64,000 nt of DNA, from assembly GCA_024235015.1 (NCBI GenBank), contig JACKNG010000003.1, positions 472,397 to 536,396 on the forward strand, in the 5' to 3' direction. The position numbers and the translations under genes are program-made. Below are positions 34,850 through 44,809 of this stretch, piece by piece; positions within the stretch are counted from its first letter, which is position 1, and the number at the start of each line of letters is the position of its first letter. The stretch comes from Gammaproteobacteria bacterium (GTDB lineage: Bacteria > Pseudomonadota > Gammaproteobacteria > Ga0077536). Under the pieces are notes generated by a model. It made no database searches. It saw nothing but the letters and a program-made list of their open reading frames with translations, and was not told the origin of the DNA.

Positions 34850-36436
34850 TCACAAGCGGATCATGAGGAAACCGCCGACGCTGTTCAGCTCGTTGGCGCC
34901 GCCGCGCGACGAGGTGATGCTCTGGTTGAAGCGCGCGCCGAGCTCGAGCCCGGGCAGCGGCTGCCAGGCGAGGTCCACGCCGAAATGGTGGCCGCGGCCG
35001 TTGTAACGATCGACGGTGTAGCCGCCGCGCACGCCGACGCGGACGTAATCGGTGAGCTGTTCGTTCCAGGCCAGCTGGAGCTGGTGCACCTCGCGATCGT
35101 TGAAGCCGATCGGCGCGTAGCGGTTGCCGGCAGCGTCGAAGCGCTCGCGCACGTTGCCGAACCGCTCGGTGTCGAAGTAGTACTCCAGCGTGATGCGCGG
35201 CGCGGCGTTCCACAGCGTGTAGGCGGTGGCGAGCTGCAGGCCCCAGGCGTCGGCCAGGGCGGCGTCGCCATCGAGGCCGTAACGGCTGCCGTGCAGGGCG
35301 GTTTCGAGCGTCCACGGTTCGTGCATGCGCCAGCGGTGGGTGAGCTCGGCGCGGTGACGGTAACCGCCATGGGCGATGCCCTCGACGAAGTCCCAGTAGG
35401 GTCGCCAGGCGTCGAGCCGGAAGCGCGTGGTGCCCGGGTTCCAGCCGCGCGCCCAGCCGAGGGTGAGTCCCGGCCGCCCGCCGCCCTCGTGGATCTCCAG
35501 CCGCCCCTCGCCGCCGCCCGGCACGGGCCGTTCGAGGTAGAGGCTGGCGAACTCGCGCCGCCCGCTGAACGACTCGACGAAGCCGGCCGGGTTCTGCACC
35601 TGGGGGTCGTCGACGTCGCGGTACTCGAAGCGCAGGCCGGCGACGGTGTCGGCGCCGGCGAAGGCGCGCGATTCGAGCACCCAGATGAGCTGCTCGTCCT
35701 CCTCCTTGACGTCGCTCAGGTCGAAACTCGCGCGCACCATGGGGCCGTACTCGTAGAGCAGCGCGGCCTTGCCCTCGATCATGAACGGCGCGTCGGCATC
35801 GAGGGCCAGCGCGCGGTTGTACAGCGCGATGGCATCGCGCCAGCGGCCGAGCTCGCGTTCCTGCTCGACCAGGTCGAGCAGGGTCTGCACGTCCTGCGGG
35901 TGACGTTCCATGAGATCACGCAGGCGGGCCCGGGCGCCGGTGCGATCGCCGGCGCGACCGCGGGTCAGGGCCTCGAGACGATCGAGGCGCAGCGCCGAAC
36001 CGTCGTCGACGGCGGCCGGCGCGACCGCCGCGGCGGCGCTGCGCACCAGCCAGATCTCGTGCACCCCGGGGCCGGCGCGCAATTCGACCCGCGCATCGCG
36101 CACCGGCTCGAGGTAGAGGCTGTCGAAGCCGTAGCGCAGGTCCTGGATCCAGCCCGGGTAGCGCTCGCCGAGCCCGGCCAGCACGCTGGCGTCGAAGGCG
36201 GCCGGGAAGCGCACCACCACGCCGCGGCCCGCGAGGTCGATGGCGACGTCGCCGCGCTGGGGGATCGGGATCACCAGGCGCAGGGCGCGCGGTTCGGCCG
36301 CGGCGCTGATCACCGGGACGGTCGGCGCGGTCGTCGCTGCCGGCGCGCCAACCGGCGCCTGCGCCGCCGCGCCGTGGGCCACGCCGGCGAGCAGCGACGC
36401 CAGCAGTGCCCGCCGTATCGACCGTACCGCGCTCAT
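34850..36436 (-). CDS. PelB C-terminal-like outer-membrane beta-barrel (porin) protein encoded as a separate ORF with its own signal peptide
   Basis: ATG at 36436 (MSAVRSIRRALLASLLAGVAHGAAAQAP, good Sec signal peptide) overlaps the stop of the upstream TPR ORF (ATGA). A TPR-like stretch is followed by an alternating amphipathic beta-strand pattern rich in aromatic residues (WRPYW..., LQLATAYTLW..., GVDLAWQPL...). 528 aa. The longer 788-aa ORF-table version is an antisense-type extension. Confidence 0.6.
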   Translation of the reverse strand: MSAVRSIRRALLASLLAGVAHGAAAQAPVGAPAATTAPTVPVISAAAEPRALRLVIPIPQRGDVAIDLAGRGVVVRFPAAFDASVLAGLGERYPGWIQDLRYGFDSLYLEPVRDARVELRAGPGVHEIWLVRSAAAAVAPAAVDDGSALRLDRLEALTRGRAGDRTGARARLRDLMERHPQDVQTLLDLVEQERELGRWRDAIALYNRALALDADAPFMIEGKAALLYEYGPMVRASFDLSDVKEEDEQLIWVLESRAFAGADTVAGLRFEYRDVDDPQVQNPAGFVESFSGRREFASLYLERPVPGGGEGRLEIHEGGGRPGLTLGWARGWNPGTTRFRLDAWRPYWDFVEGIAHGGYRHRAELTHRWRMHEPWTLETALHGSRYGLDGDAALADAWGLQLATAYTLWNAAPRITLEYYFDTERFGNVRERFDAAGNRYAPIGFNDREVHQLQLAWNEQLTDYVRVGVRGGYTVDRYNGRGHHFGVDLAWQPLPGLELGARFNQSITSSRGGANELNSVGGFLMIRL

Positions 36437-39400
36437 GAACCACCGCGCTCGGCCAGGACCTGGCGCGCGCGCCCCAGGCGCTCGGCATCGAGCAGCATGG
36501 TGACGTAGTCGGCGCGCAGGTGACCCTCGCCCGGGCGCTCGTCGAGCAAGGCCTCGAAAGCGGCCAGGGCAGCCTCTTCGTGGCCGAGCCGGTGCAGGGT
36601 CTGGGCACGCACCACGCGGGCGCGGAAACCCGGGTCCGCTGAGGTCGCGAGCAGGGCGAGGATGCGCTCGTAGTGCGGCTCGGCGCGGTTGTGGAAGCCG
36701 CGTTCCTCGAGCGCCTCGGCATAGAAGAAATGTGCCTCGTAGTCGTCGTCGATGCGCGCGAGGTAGCGCTCCAGGTACTGTTCGGCGTCGCCGCGACGCC
36801 CGGCATCGAAAGCGGCCAGGCCGACCTCGCGCAGCGCCCGCGGATCGTCCGGGACGATCTCCAGCAGCGCCAGCCAGGCGCGCTGCGCGACCCGCACGAG
36901 GTCGGCCTCGGAGGCGGTGCGCGCGGCCCAGTGCAGCATCGCCCGGCGCGGCGCGCGGGCGACGTACGCGGCGAGAAAGGCCTCCAACTCGCCGCGCGCG
37001 CCGGCGTCGAGCAACGCGCGCGCGTAGCGTTCCACCACCAGCGGCTCCGGTTGCGCGCCGCGCGCCGCGGCGGCCAGCAGCTCGGCGGCACGCCGCGGCG
37101 CACCGAGCTCGGCGAGCAGCGCCGCCCAGGCCGCGCGCGTTCGGCCGCTGCTCGCCGCCGCCCGCGCCGCCAGCCAGTCGAGGGCGGCCGGCGGCGGCCG
37201 CGGCCCCCACAACCACAACAGGGTGTCGACGCTCTCCCCGCCCGGCGCCTCGTCGGCGGCGAGGGCGAGATGAATGGCCACCGCGCCCGCCTTGTCGCCC
37301 GCTTCGAGCAGGCGCGTGGCAAGCAGGCGGCGCAGCGATCCGGGCAGGTGCGCGTCGCCGGCATGGACCCGCGCGAACGCGAGCAGGCCGCTGCTATCGC
37401 CACCCGCCGCGAGCCAGTCGACGTAGTGCTCGCCCCAACGCGCAGGGTTGGCGGCGACGAGTTCGTCGAGGACCGGGCCGACCGCGTCGCGCGCCGGGCT
37501 CGCCAGCAGGGCATCGCGATAGAGCGCGGCGAGGCCGGCATCGGTCTCGCCCGCGCGCAGGCGGGCGGCGACGAACTCGACGACGCGGGCGGCTGCACCG
37601 GCCTGGTCCGCGGCCGCCTCGAAGGCATAGAAGGCCTCGCGCCGCGCGGCCGCGCCACCCTGCGCCGCGGCAGCCTCGAGGTAGGGCAGCGCGCGCGCCG
37701 GCCCGCCCAGCTCGGCGAGGTCGAAGCGCCAGGTCGCGGCCAGGGCATCGCCGGGCGCGGCGGCATCCAGCCAGGCCGCGAGGCGCACGGCCACCCAGTC
37801 TGCATCGTGCTGCTGCAGGGCGAGATCGCGCCACTGGTAATAGGCGGCCTCGCGCGCCGCCGGTTCGCCGCCGCGGTCGGCCACGCTGGAAGCCAGCGCC
37901 GGCAGCAGCAGCTCGCCGCCGCCGAGACGCCCGAGGTCGTAGACGTAGTTGTCGTGCAGCGGGTCGGCTGGCCCGGCGGCGAGACGCGGGGCAACGAAGG
38001 CGAAGAAGGCCTCGCGCTCGTCGCTGGCGAGGCTGGCGTCGCGGAAGGCGTCGTACCACTGCACGGGGTCGCGTTCGACCAGGGTCGCGAGCAGGGTCTC
38101 GGCCTGCGGCCAGGCGCCGGCGTCGATGAGGTCGTAGGCGAGGGTGCGCGCCTGCACGGAGCCGGCGTCACCCGCCGCCAGGGTCGCCGCGACCAGGTGG
38201 TCGAAGCCGGCCGCGAGGCCGGCCAGGCCCTCGCGTACCGTGCGGCGCTGGCGCAGCAGTGCGAACAGGGCGTCCTGGAACAATTGCCGGCTGGTCGCAT
38301 CGTGGGCCACGCGCGGCGCGGTCAGGGCGACGGCCTGCTCGAAGCGCCCGGCGGCGTGGACCAGGCGCTGGGCCTCGAGATCGCGCACCGGCAGGCGCGC
38401 TCCGGCCCGCGCCGCGACGGCCTGCGCCAGGCCTTCGTCGTCGGCCGCGAGGGCGACCAGGCCGAGTTCGCACAGCAACGCGTCGACGCTGGCGGCCGGT
38501 GCGGCCGGCGCGCTGGCGCGCAGCCACGCGCGCACCGCGTCGCGCTCGCCGGCGCCGGCGGCGAGCAGCGCCCACGCCGCCTGCGCGGGGCCGTCGTCGC
38601 GGGCCACGAGCGCCGGGCCGAGGCGCGCGTAGCCGCGCGCGGCCTGGCCGAGGTCGTGGTAGACCCAGGCCAGCGCCGGGTAGTCGGCCGCCGGCCAGGC
38701 CGCGTCGGCGAGCAGTGCCGCGACGGTCGTCGGGTCACCCAGCGCCAGGGCCAGGTTGAGGCGGCGCAGGCGGGTCGCCGGTGGCGCGGTGTCGATCGCG
38801 GCGTAGGCGGCACGCGCACCCGCGACATCGCCGGCGAGCAGGCGGAACTCCGCCGCGCGTAGCGGCGCGGCGAGCGCGGGCGCGTCGACCAGTACCGGCG
38901 CCGCCAGCCGCGCCAGGGTGGCATCGCCGGCCTCGACCAGGGCGACCGCCAGGCCGCCGCCGACGAGCGCGGCGAGACGCCCTTCGTCACGCAGGGTGTG
39001 CAACAACGCGAGGGCGCGCGGCGACAAGGGCGGTACCGCGCGTCCACCCTGGCGCAGGGCACGCAAGCCGGTGTCGGCATCCAGGGTCGCCACGTAGTCG
39101 CTGAAGATGGCGGGCTCGCCCAGCACCGCGCCCAGCGCCAGCGCCGGCGCCAGCAGGTCGGCACGGCCCGGTCGCTGCGCCAGCACCATGCGCAAAGTCG
39201 GGCCGGCGGCCGCGGCCTGCTGCCGCGCGACCAGGGCGGCCAGGGCCTGCATGAAGCCGTCGGCGTCGTCGGCCGCCTCGACCCAGCGGCGCGCGACGTG
39301 CGCCATGGCGTCCGCGTGTCCGGCGGCAGCGTAGACGTCGAGGGCAAACAGGCTGGCATTGGCGTCGGGCCGGCCGCCGGCACGGCCGCGCCAGGAATCT

Positions 39401-39942
39401 AGCGCCGCCACCGCGCCGTCGACGTCGCCGTCGACCCACAGCAGGCGGGCCAGGCGCAGGGTTTCGGCGTCGTCCGCATCGCCACGTTCGACCAGGCGGG
39501 CGAGCGCGCCGGCTTCGCCATCGCGGTCGCCGGCAAAGGCGTAGAGGCTGGCCAGCTCGCGTACCAGCGCGGTGCTCGGCACGAGCTCGACGCGGCGCGC
39601 CAGCGCGGCGCGGTAGCGTGCCGGCTGCATGGTGTCGCGGTAGACCTCGAGCGCGAGGTCGTAGGCCTCGAGGTCGTCGGGGCGCTCGGCCAGGGTCCGG
39701 TCCATGGCCTCGACGGCGGCCTCGACCTCGCCCTGCTGCAGGTAGAGCTTGTTGAGCGGCACGACCACCGTGGGCCGTGCGCCGTGGGCCAGGAATTCGC
39801 GCTCGAAGCCACTCAGGGCATCGCGGTAGCGCTTGGCCTTGTAATACATGAGCGCGAGTTCCTGTCCGCGCGGCACCAGCAGCACGCTGAGCGCGAGCGC
39901 CGCGACACTCAGCGTGACGAGGAAGACGACGTGGCGCCACAT
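36433..39942 (-). CDS. pelB: PelB-like TPR-repeat scaffold protein (N-terminal TM anchor + about 1100 aa of TPR), lacking the porin domain
   Basis: 1169 aa. N-terminal MWRHVVFLVTLSVAALALSVLLV TM helix followed by uniform helical Ala/Leu-rich TPR-like repeats through to the C-terminus (…AEALEERGFHNRAEPHYERILALL…). The stop at 36433 overlaps the next ATG. Confidence 0.75.
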   Translation of the reverse strand: MWRHVVFLVTLSVAALALSVLLVPRGQELALMYYKAKRYRDALSGFEREFLAHGARPTVVVPLNKLYLQQGEVEAAVEAMDRTLAERPDDLEAYDLALEVYRDTMQPARYRAALARRVELVPSTALVRELASLYAFAGDRDGEAGALARLVERGDADDAETLRLARLLWVDGDVDGAVAALDSWRGRAGGRPDANASLFALDVYAAAGHADAMAHVARRWVEAADDADGFMQALAALVARQQAAAAGPTLRMVLAQRPGRADLLAPALALGAVLGEPAIFSDYVATLDADTGLRALRQGGRAVPPLSPRALALLHTLRDEGRLAALVGGGLAVALVEAGDATLARLAAPVLVDAPALAAPLRAAEFRLLAGDVAGARAAYAAIDTAPPATRLRRLNLALALGDPTTVAALLADAAWPAADYPALAWVYHDLGQAARGYARLGPALVARDDGPAQAAWALLAAGAGERDAVRAWLRASAPAAPAASVDALLCELGLVALAADDEGLAQAVAARAGARLPVRDLEAQRLVHAAGRFEQAVALTAPRVAHDATSRQLFQDALFALLRQRRTVREGLAGLAAGFDHLVAATLAAGDAGSVQARTLAYDLIDAGAWPQAETLLATLVERDPVQWYDAFRDASLASDEREAFFAFVAPRLAAGPADPLHDNYVYDLGRLGGGELLLPALASSVADRGGEPAAREAAYYQWRDLALQQHDADWVAVRLAAWLDAAAPGDALAATWRFDLAELGGPARALPYLEAAAAQGGAAARREAFYAFEAAADQAGAAARVVEFVAARLRAGETDAGLAALYRDALLASPARDAVGPVLDELVAANPARWGEHYVDWLAAGGDSSGLLAFARVHAGDAHLPGSLRRLLATRLLEAGDKAGAVAIHLALAADEAPGGESVDTLLWLWGPRPPPAALDWLAARAAASSGRTRAAWAALLAELGAPRRAAELLAAAARGAQPEPLVVERYARALLDAGARGELEAFLAAYVARAPRRAMLHWAARTASEADLVRVAQRAWLALLEIVPDDPRALREVGLAAFDAGRRGDAEQYLERYLARIDDDYEAHFFYAEALEERGFHNRAEPHYERILALLATSADPGFRARVVRAQTLHRLGHEEAALAAFEALLDERPGEGHLRADYVTMLLDAERLGRARQVLAERGGS

Positions 39943-39966
39943 GTCAGCCGGACCCGTGCCGCCGGC

Positions 39967-42261
39967 TCACGGCGCCGCCGCCAGCGCGGCGTCGACGCGG
40001 GCGATGGTGAAACGCACCGGGGCGTAGGCGGCCTCGCCGAGGCTGAAACGCAGCCGGCCGGCAGCGTCGGCGACGACCTCGAAGCGCCGCGGCGCGGGCC
40101 CGTCCACCACCGTCACCACGTAGTGCTGGCCGGGCTGTCCCTGCCAGCTCATCTCGCCCTCGCCGTAACCGCCGGCGGTGGCCTCGACGTGCCCGGCGGC
40201 GAGACTGCAATCGTGCACGTCCCAGCGCGATTCGACCAGGTAGAGCGGCGCCGCGACACCCGGCGCGGCGCCGAGCGCCACGCGCGGCGTCGTCACCGCG
40301 GCATCGAGCGCGACGTAGAGGCTGCCCTGGTAGCGCCGCCGCCCGATCACGCCGTGCGAGCCGGCCCAGTCGACGTCGCGCTGGTCGGCGTCGTCGAAGC
40401 GCAGCGTCTGCAGGCCGCCACGGTCGTGCACCGTCCACGTCGCTGGCCCTGCGCTGACCAGGCGGGTGGTGAAGAAGCCGGCGCCGATGCTGGCGTAGCG
40501 GCTGGTCTCGATCGGGATCAGGGAATGGCGGCGGACCCACTGCAGGTTCTTCAGCAGCGCGCGCAGCGCCGCCTGCCGCTCGCCGGAATACATGTGGTAG
40601 TAGACGTTGGCGGCACGCACGCGCCGCGGCGACTCGGTGCGTTCGAGGGTCTCCGGCAGGAAACCGAAGGCGTAGTACCGGCTGCGCCACAGATCGGTGT
40701 AGGTGTTCTCGTTGCTGTTGCTCGAGTAGACCTGCCAGTACGGTCCGATCCGCCGCCCGACCGGGGCGACGAAGGCATAGGAGGGGAAATCGCCGTCGAA
40801 ACGCGAGTCGCCGCCGTTGATGTTGCCGAGACCGGCGGCGGCGGTGGCGGCCATCACCGCTGCGAAAGGCAGGGTGTCGCCAGACCACTGGATCACCCGG
40901 CAACGCTTGCCGGGTGGCGCCAGGCGCTCGACGATGGCGACCGAGCCGCCGACCTCGAGGTTGATGTCGAACGGCGCGAGCGCATAGGCGCGGGGCACGT
41001 AGGCGGCGGTGTAGCTGACCTCGTCCTCGTCTTCGGCGAGTAGCTGGGCGTGCTGCTTCTCGAGGCCCTCCCAGCCGAAGTAGCGCCCACCCTGCATGGT
41101 TTCGTAGCGCGGCAGGTAGGCCGCCTCGCGCTGCGCTTCGTAGTGTTCGAAGAAACCCCAGGCGAAGGGATGGGTATGGGTGTGCGTACCGAGCTCGACC
41201 TGCGGCAGGGCGAACAGGTCGCGCGCCGCGGCACGCGCGGCCTCGTCGCCGTACCAGGCGGGATCGAGGTCGGCGGTGATCGGCGAGACCGTCACCGGCA
41301 GGTCGGGGAAGGGACGGATGGCTTCCTCCAGGATCACCCGCGCCGAGATCACCTGGTGGCCGGCATACTCGTCGGCCAGCGAGACGTTACGCCAGCCGTC
41401 GCCGTCGATGTGGCTGTAGTAGATGCGCCGCCCGGCCAGGGTCGTCGTATCCGGCTTGGGCAGGTCGTCGGTGGCAAAGGCGGCGCGCAGGAAGGCGAAG
41501 GGATCGATAATCCACTGCCGCTGCGCGTTCTCCACGCCGCGATAGAGGGCGTAGTCGGCGGCGACGTAGCCACCGGCCGCGCCGGTGACCACGAGATCGG
41601 CGACCTCGGCCGCTCCCGGCTCCGGGCGCACCGCGAGGTGGCTGGTCGCGCCGGGTACGCGCCGGGTCATGACGAAATAGGGCAGCGGCGCGACGAGCGG
41701 GCGTTCGAAACCGATCAACGCCGGGTCGGCGCGCTCGACGCGGGCATCCGCGCCGACCCGCTCGGCGCTGTCGTCGACCGCGATGCCGAGGTGGGTGAGC
41801 ACGCGGTCGAGGCGTTCGCGGTCGACGTAGCGGCCGAAGCGATCGGTCGCGGCGACGAGGTCGCCGAGGATGGCCACGCGCTTGCCGGCGTTCAGCACGC
41901 CCGCCAGCCAGTCGAGGAAGGCGTCGGGGTCGGCGACGTCGGGCGAACGCTGCCACATCACCACCCCGCGCACGTCATCGCGCGCGCCGATGTCGGGCAG
42001 CGGCTGGGCGAGGTCGTGGAACTCGAAGACGAGGCCGAGGTGATTGGCCGGCATTTCCAGGAAGCGATGCAGCGAGGTGGCGTGCCGCGGCCCGCGGCGC
42101 GCATCGTAGAGCGCGACGACGACCCGCGGTACCGCCGCACCCGGCGCGGCGGCGGGCGCCGCCCGTAGCGGCGCGACCGCGAGCAGGCACCAGCACGCGC
42201 ACGCCAGCACGATGCCGCACGAGGTACGGCCACGGCCGTGGGTCTGGTCTGCCTGGATCAT
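39967..42261 (-). CDS. pelA: PelA-like polysaccharide deacetylase (CE4 domain) protein
   Basis: Signal peptide (IVLACACWCLLAVAPLRAAPA). CE4-like motifs YYSHIDGDGW and ELGTHTHTHP. 765 aa versus about 948 for P. aeruginosa PelA; the N-terminal region shows no obvious GH114 motif. ATG 42261 chosen as start. Confidence 0.7.
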   Translation of the reverse strand: MIQADQTHGRGRTSCGIVLACACWCLLAVAPLRAAPAAAPGAAVPRVVVALYDARRGPRHATSLHRFLEMPANHLGLVFEFHDLAQPLPDIGARDDVRGVVMWQRSPDVADPDAFLDWLAGVLNAGKRVAILGDLVAATDRFGRYVDRERLDRVLTHLGIAVDDSAERVGADARVERADPALIGFERPLVAPLPYFVMTRRVPGATSHLAVRPEPGAAEVADLVVTGAAGGYVAADYALYRGVENAQRQWIIDPFAFLRAAFATDDLPKPDTTTLAGRRIYYSHIDGDGWRNVSLADEYAGHQVISARVILEEAIRPFPDLPVTVSPITADLDPAWYGDEAARAAARDLFALPQVELGTHTHTHPFAWGFFEHYEAQREAAYLPRYETMQGGRYFGWEGLEKQHAQLLAEDEDEVSYTAAYVPRAYALAPFDINLEVGGSVAIVERLAPPGKRCRVIQWSGDTLPFAAVMAATAAAGLGNINGGDSRFDGDFPSYAFVAPVGRRIGPYWQVYSSNSNENTYTDLWRSRYYAFGFLPETLERTESPRRVRAANVYYHMYSGERQAALRALLKNLQWVRRHSLIPIETSRYASIGAGFFTTRLVSAGPATWTVHDRGGLQTLRFDDADQRDVDWAGSHGVIGRRRYQGSLYVALDAAVTTPRVALGAAPGVAAPLYLVESRWDVHDCSLAAGHVEATAGGYGEGEMSWQGQPGQHYVVTVVDGPAPRRFEVVADAAGRLRFSLGEAAYAPVRFTIARVDAALAAAP

Positions 42262-42502
42262 GGTGTCGCTGTTCGCTTCCTGCCGCGGCGGCATCGTCGC
42301 GCCGGGCCGTGTCGGCTGTTGCGCCGCATCAACGGGGTAGCGGCCCTTCGCGCCCGCAATGAACCCCGGCGGCGGGATAGTAGTCGCTCGCCGCCGGCGT
42401 TAGAACCGGGCCGGTGCGGGGGCACCGCCGGCGCACGGTGATAGCATGCGCGGCGGCCGGCCGCGCGTGCGACCGGCGCCACCCTGAAGCCCGGAGAAGA
42501 CC

Positions 42503-43660
42503 ATGAAGCTCGAAGGCGTGCGCGTGCTCGACCTGTCCCTGTTCCTGCCCGGCCCCGTGATGACCCAGATGATGGCCGATCACGGTGCCGAGGTGATCAA
42601 GCTCGAACCGCTGGCAGGCGAACCCAACCGCGAGATCGGGCCGAAGCGCGACGGCCTCACCGTCTACTTCGCCAACACCCATCGCAACAAGCGCTCCATC
42701 CAGCTCAACCTCAAGACCGCCGCCGGGCGCGCCGCCGCGCTCGATCTCGCCGCGACCTGCGACGTCGTCGTCGAGGCCTTCCGTCCCGGCGTGATCGAGC
42801 GCCTGGGACTCGGCTACGAGGCGGTGCGCGCGCGCAATCCCGGTGTCGTCTACTGCTCGATGTCGGCCTGGGGCCAGGACGGACCCTACGTGCAGGTGCC
42901 GGCCCACGACCTCGCCTGCGAAGCCGTCGCCGGCGTGTTGAGCCTGAACCGCGGTGCGGACGGCAGCCCGGCCATCCCCGGCATCGCCGGCGCCGACATG
43001 CTGTCCTCGATGATGACGCTCTCGGCCATCCTGATGGCGCTGCTCAGGCGCAAGGACACCGGCGCAGGCGACTACGTCGACGTCGCCATGGCCGATTCGC
43101 TGATCGCCGCGCTGGCCAACAACATGGGCACGACCTTCGCCGACAAGACGCCGCCCGACCTCGCCCACGAACGCGCGCTGGGCGGCTATGCCATGTACAA
43201 CATCTACCCGACCAAGGGCGGCGGCCACCTCGTGCTCGGCGGCTCGGAGATCCACTTCGCCGAGGCCATCCTCGAGCGCCTCGGCCGTCCCGACCTGCTC
43301 GAACTGTGCCAGCCGCCGCCGGGGCCGCGCCAGGAGCCGGTCAAGGACTTCCTGCGCGAGACCTTCCTCACCCGTACCCGCGACGAGTGGATGGAATTCT
43401 TTCGCGGCATCAATGCCTCGGTCGCCCCGCTGAACGATCTCCGCGAGGCGGTGGACGACCCGCAGCTGCGCCACCGTCAGATGATCGTCGAGGACGAACG
43501 CGGCTGGGAGCACATCGGCACGCCGCTCAAGTTCCGCCACGAACCGGGCGAGTTGAAGTTCACCTTCGCGCAACCCGGCGAGCACACCGAGACCGTGCTG
43601 CGCGAACTCGGTTACGACGCTGCCGCGATCGCCGCCATGAAGGCCGAAGGCGCGTTCTGA
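42503..43660 (+). CDS. CoA-transferase family III (CaiB/BaiF; alpha-methylacyl-CoA racemase-like)
   Basis: MKLEGVRVLDLSLFLPGPVMTQMMADHGAEVIKLE... is the classic family III N-terminus; conserved Asp region. 385 aa. Confidence 0.9.
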   Translation: MKLEGVRVLDLSLFLPGPVMTQMMADHGAEVIKLEPLAGEPNREIGPKRDGLTVYFANTHRNKRSIQLNLKTAAGRAAALDLAATCDVVVEAFRPGVIERLGLGYEAVRARNPGVVYCSMSAWGQDGPYVQVPAHDLACEAVAGVLSLNRGADGSPAIPGIAGADMLSSMMTLSAILMALLRRKDTGAGDYVDVAMADSLIAALANNMGTTFADKTPPDLAHERALGGYAMYNIYPTKGGGHLVLGGSEIHFAEAILERLGRPDLLELCQPPPGPRQEPVKDFLRETFLTRTRDEWMEFFRGINASVAPLNDLREAVDDPQLRHRQMIVEDERGWEHIGTPLKFRHEPGELKFTFAQPGEHTETVLRELGYDAAAIAAMKAEGAF

Positions 43661-43788
43661 CGGCGCGGTTCGACCCCCGCCTGCGCCGCGATCCGCCCGT
43701 AAGACCCGGCGGCGCGGTCGGGGATCTGACCCCGGCCGCGGCCGTCGCCGAACGTCCTCCGGACCACGGCGGCGCCGCGCCGTTGCCA

Positions 43789-44685
43789 TCAGCGCTGGCT
43801 GCCGGGCGCGAGCGCCTCACGCAGCGCGGCACGGAACAGGCGCAGGCGATGACTCACCAGGCGGGCGTCGGTCGTCAGCAGGCTGACGGGCTGCGGCGGC
43901 GGTTCGAACGCCGCCAGGACGATTTCGAGCCGCCCCTGCTGCACCAGGTCGCGCACCTGGTATTCGAGAAAGCGGCCGAACCCGAGTCCCGCGGCGCAGG
44001 CGTCGGCGGCCGACGGTGCGTGATTCACGCTGAGCCGCGGGCTGACCGGCACCTGCACCCGTCGACCCTCGACCATGAACGCCCAGTGGCTGACGCCGAC
44101 GCCGCCGTGGAATTGCACGCAGGGCAGGCTCGCCAGTGCCTGCGGCACGGCCGGCACACCGTGGCGCTCGAGCAGCTGCGGGCTGGCGGCGACGACCAGG
44201 CGCATGCTGCCGGCGGGCAGCGCGACCATCGTCGAATCGGCCAGCGGCCCGATGCGCACGGCCAGATCGATGCCCTCCTCGTGCAGGTTGACCGGGCGGT
44301 CGAGCAGCAGCAGGTCGATGCTCACCTCGGGCCAGCGCCGCACGAAGTCGGTGACGGCCGGCATCACGTGGCGGTGGCCGAAGGTGACCGGCGCCGTTAC
44401 CCGGAGCAGGCCGGCCGGTGCCGGGTGGGCAGCGTCGAGCACGCGCTCGGCCTCGTCGACATCGGCCAGGATGCGCCGGCAGCGTTCGAGGTAGTCGCGC
44501 CCTTCCGGTGTGAGGGCGAGCCGCCGCGTGGTCCGTCGCAGCAGGCGCACGCCGAGGTGTGCCTCGAGATTGGCCAGGCTGCGCACCATGGTCGGCTGTG
44601 CCTTGCCGAGCGCCTCGGCCGCGGCGGTCAGGCTGCCGCGATCGACGATCTCGACGAAGGCGGCCATGGCGGCGAGCTTGTCCAT
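43789..44685 (-). CDS. LysR-family transcriptional regulator
   Basis: N-terminal HTH MAAFVEIVDRGSLTAAAEALGKAQPTMVRSLANLEAHLGVRLLRRTTRRLALT and a LysR substrate-binding domain. Divergent from the VOC/FNR operon. Confidence 0.9.
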   Translation of the reverse strand: MDKLAAMAAFVEIVDRGSLTAAAEALGKAQPTMVRSLANLEAHLGVRLLRRTTRRLALTPEGRDYLERCRRILADVDEAERVLDAAHPAPAGLLRVTAPVTFGHRHVMPAVTDFVRRWPEVSIDLLLLDRPVNLHEEGIDLAVRIGPLADSTMVALPAGSMRLVVAASPQLLERHGVPAVPQALASLPCVQFHGGVGVSHWAFMVEGRRVQVPVSPRLSVNHAPSAADACAAGLGFGRFLEYQVRDLVQQGRLEIVLAAFEPPPQPVSLLTTDARLVSHRLRLFRAALREALAPGSQR

Positions 44686-44809
44686 GCCGATTAATCATTT
44701 TTCCTGATAGATAAAATGAAAATTAGCACATTTATTCCCAGGCATTGATGCACGACCCTGCGTGGCAGGCCGGCGATGGTCGCCCGCCACGATCACGGGA
44801 GGCCCTGCC

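Noticed and set aside
36673-38862. 729-aa and 465-aa plus-strand ORFs (and other Arg/Pro-rich ORFs) across the pelB region
   Set aside because: Antisense or off-frame shadow ORFs with extreme Arg/Pro/Ala/Gly bias. The minus-strand TPR reading frame is coherent and syntenic with the pel operon.
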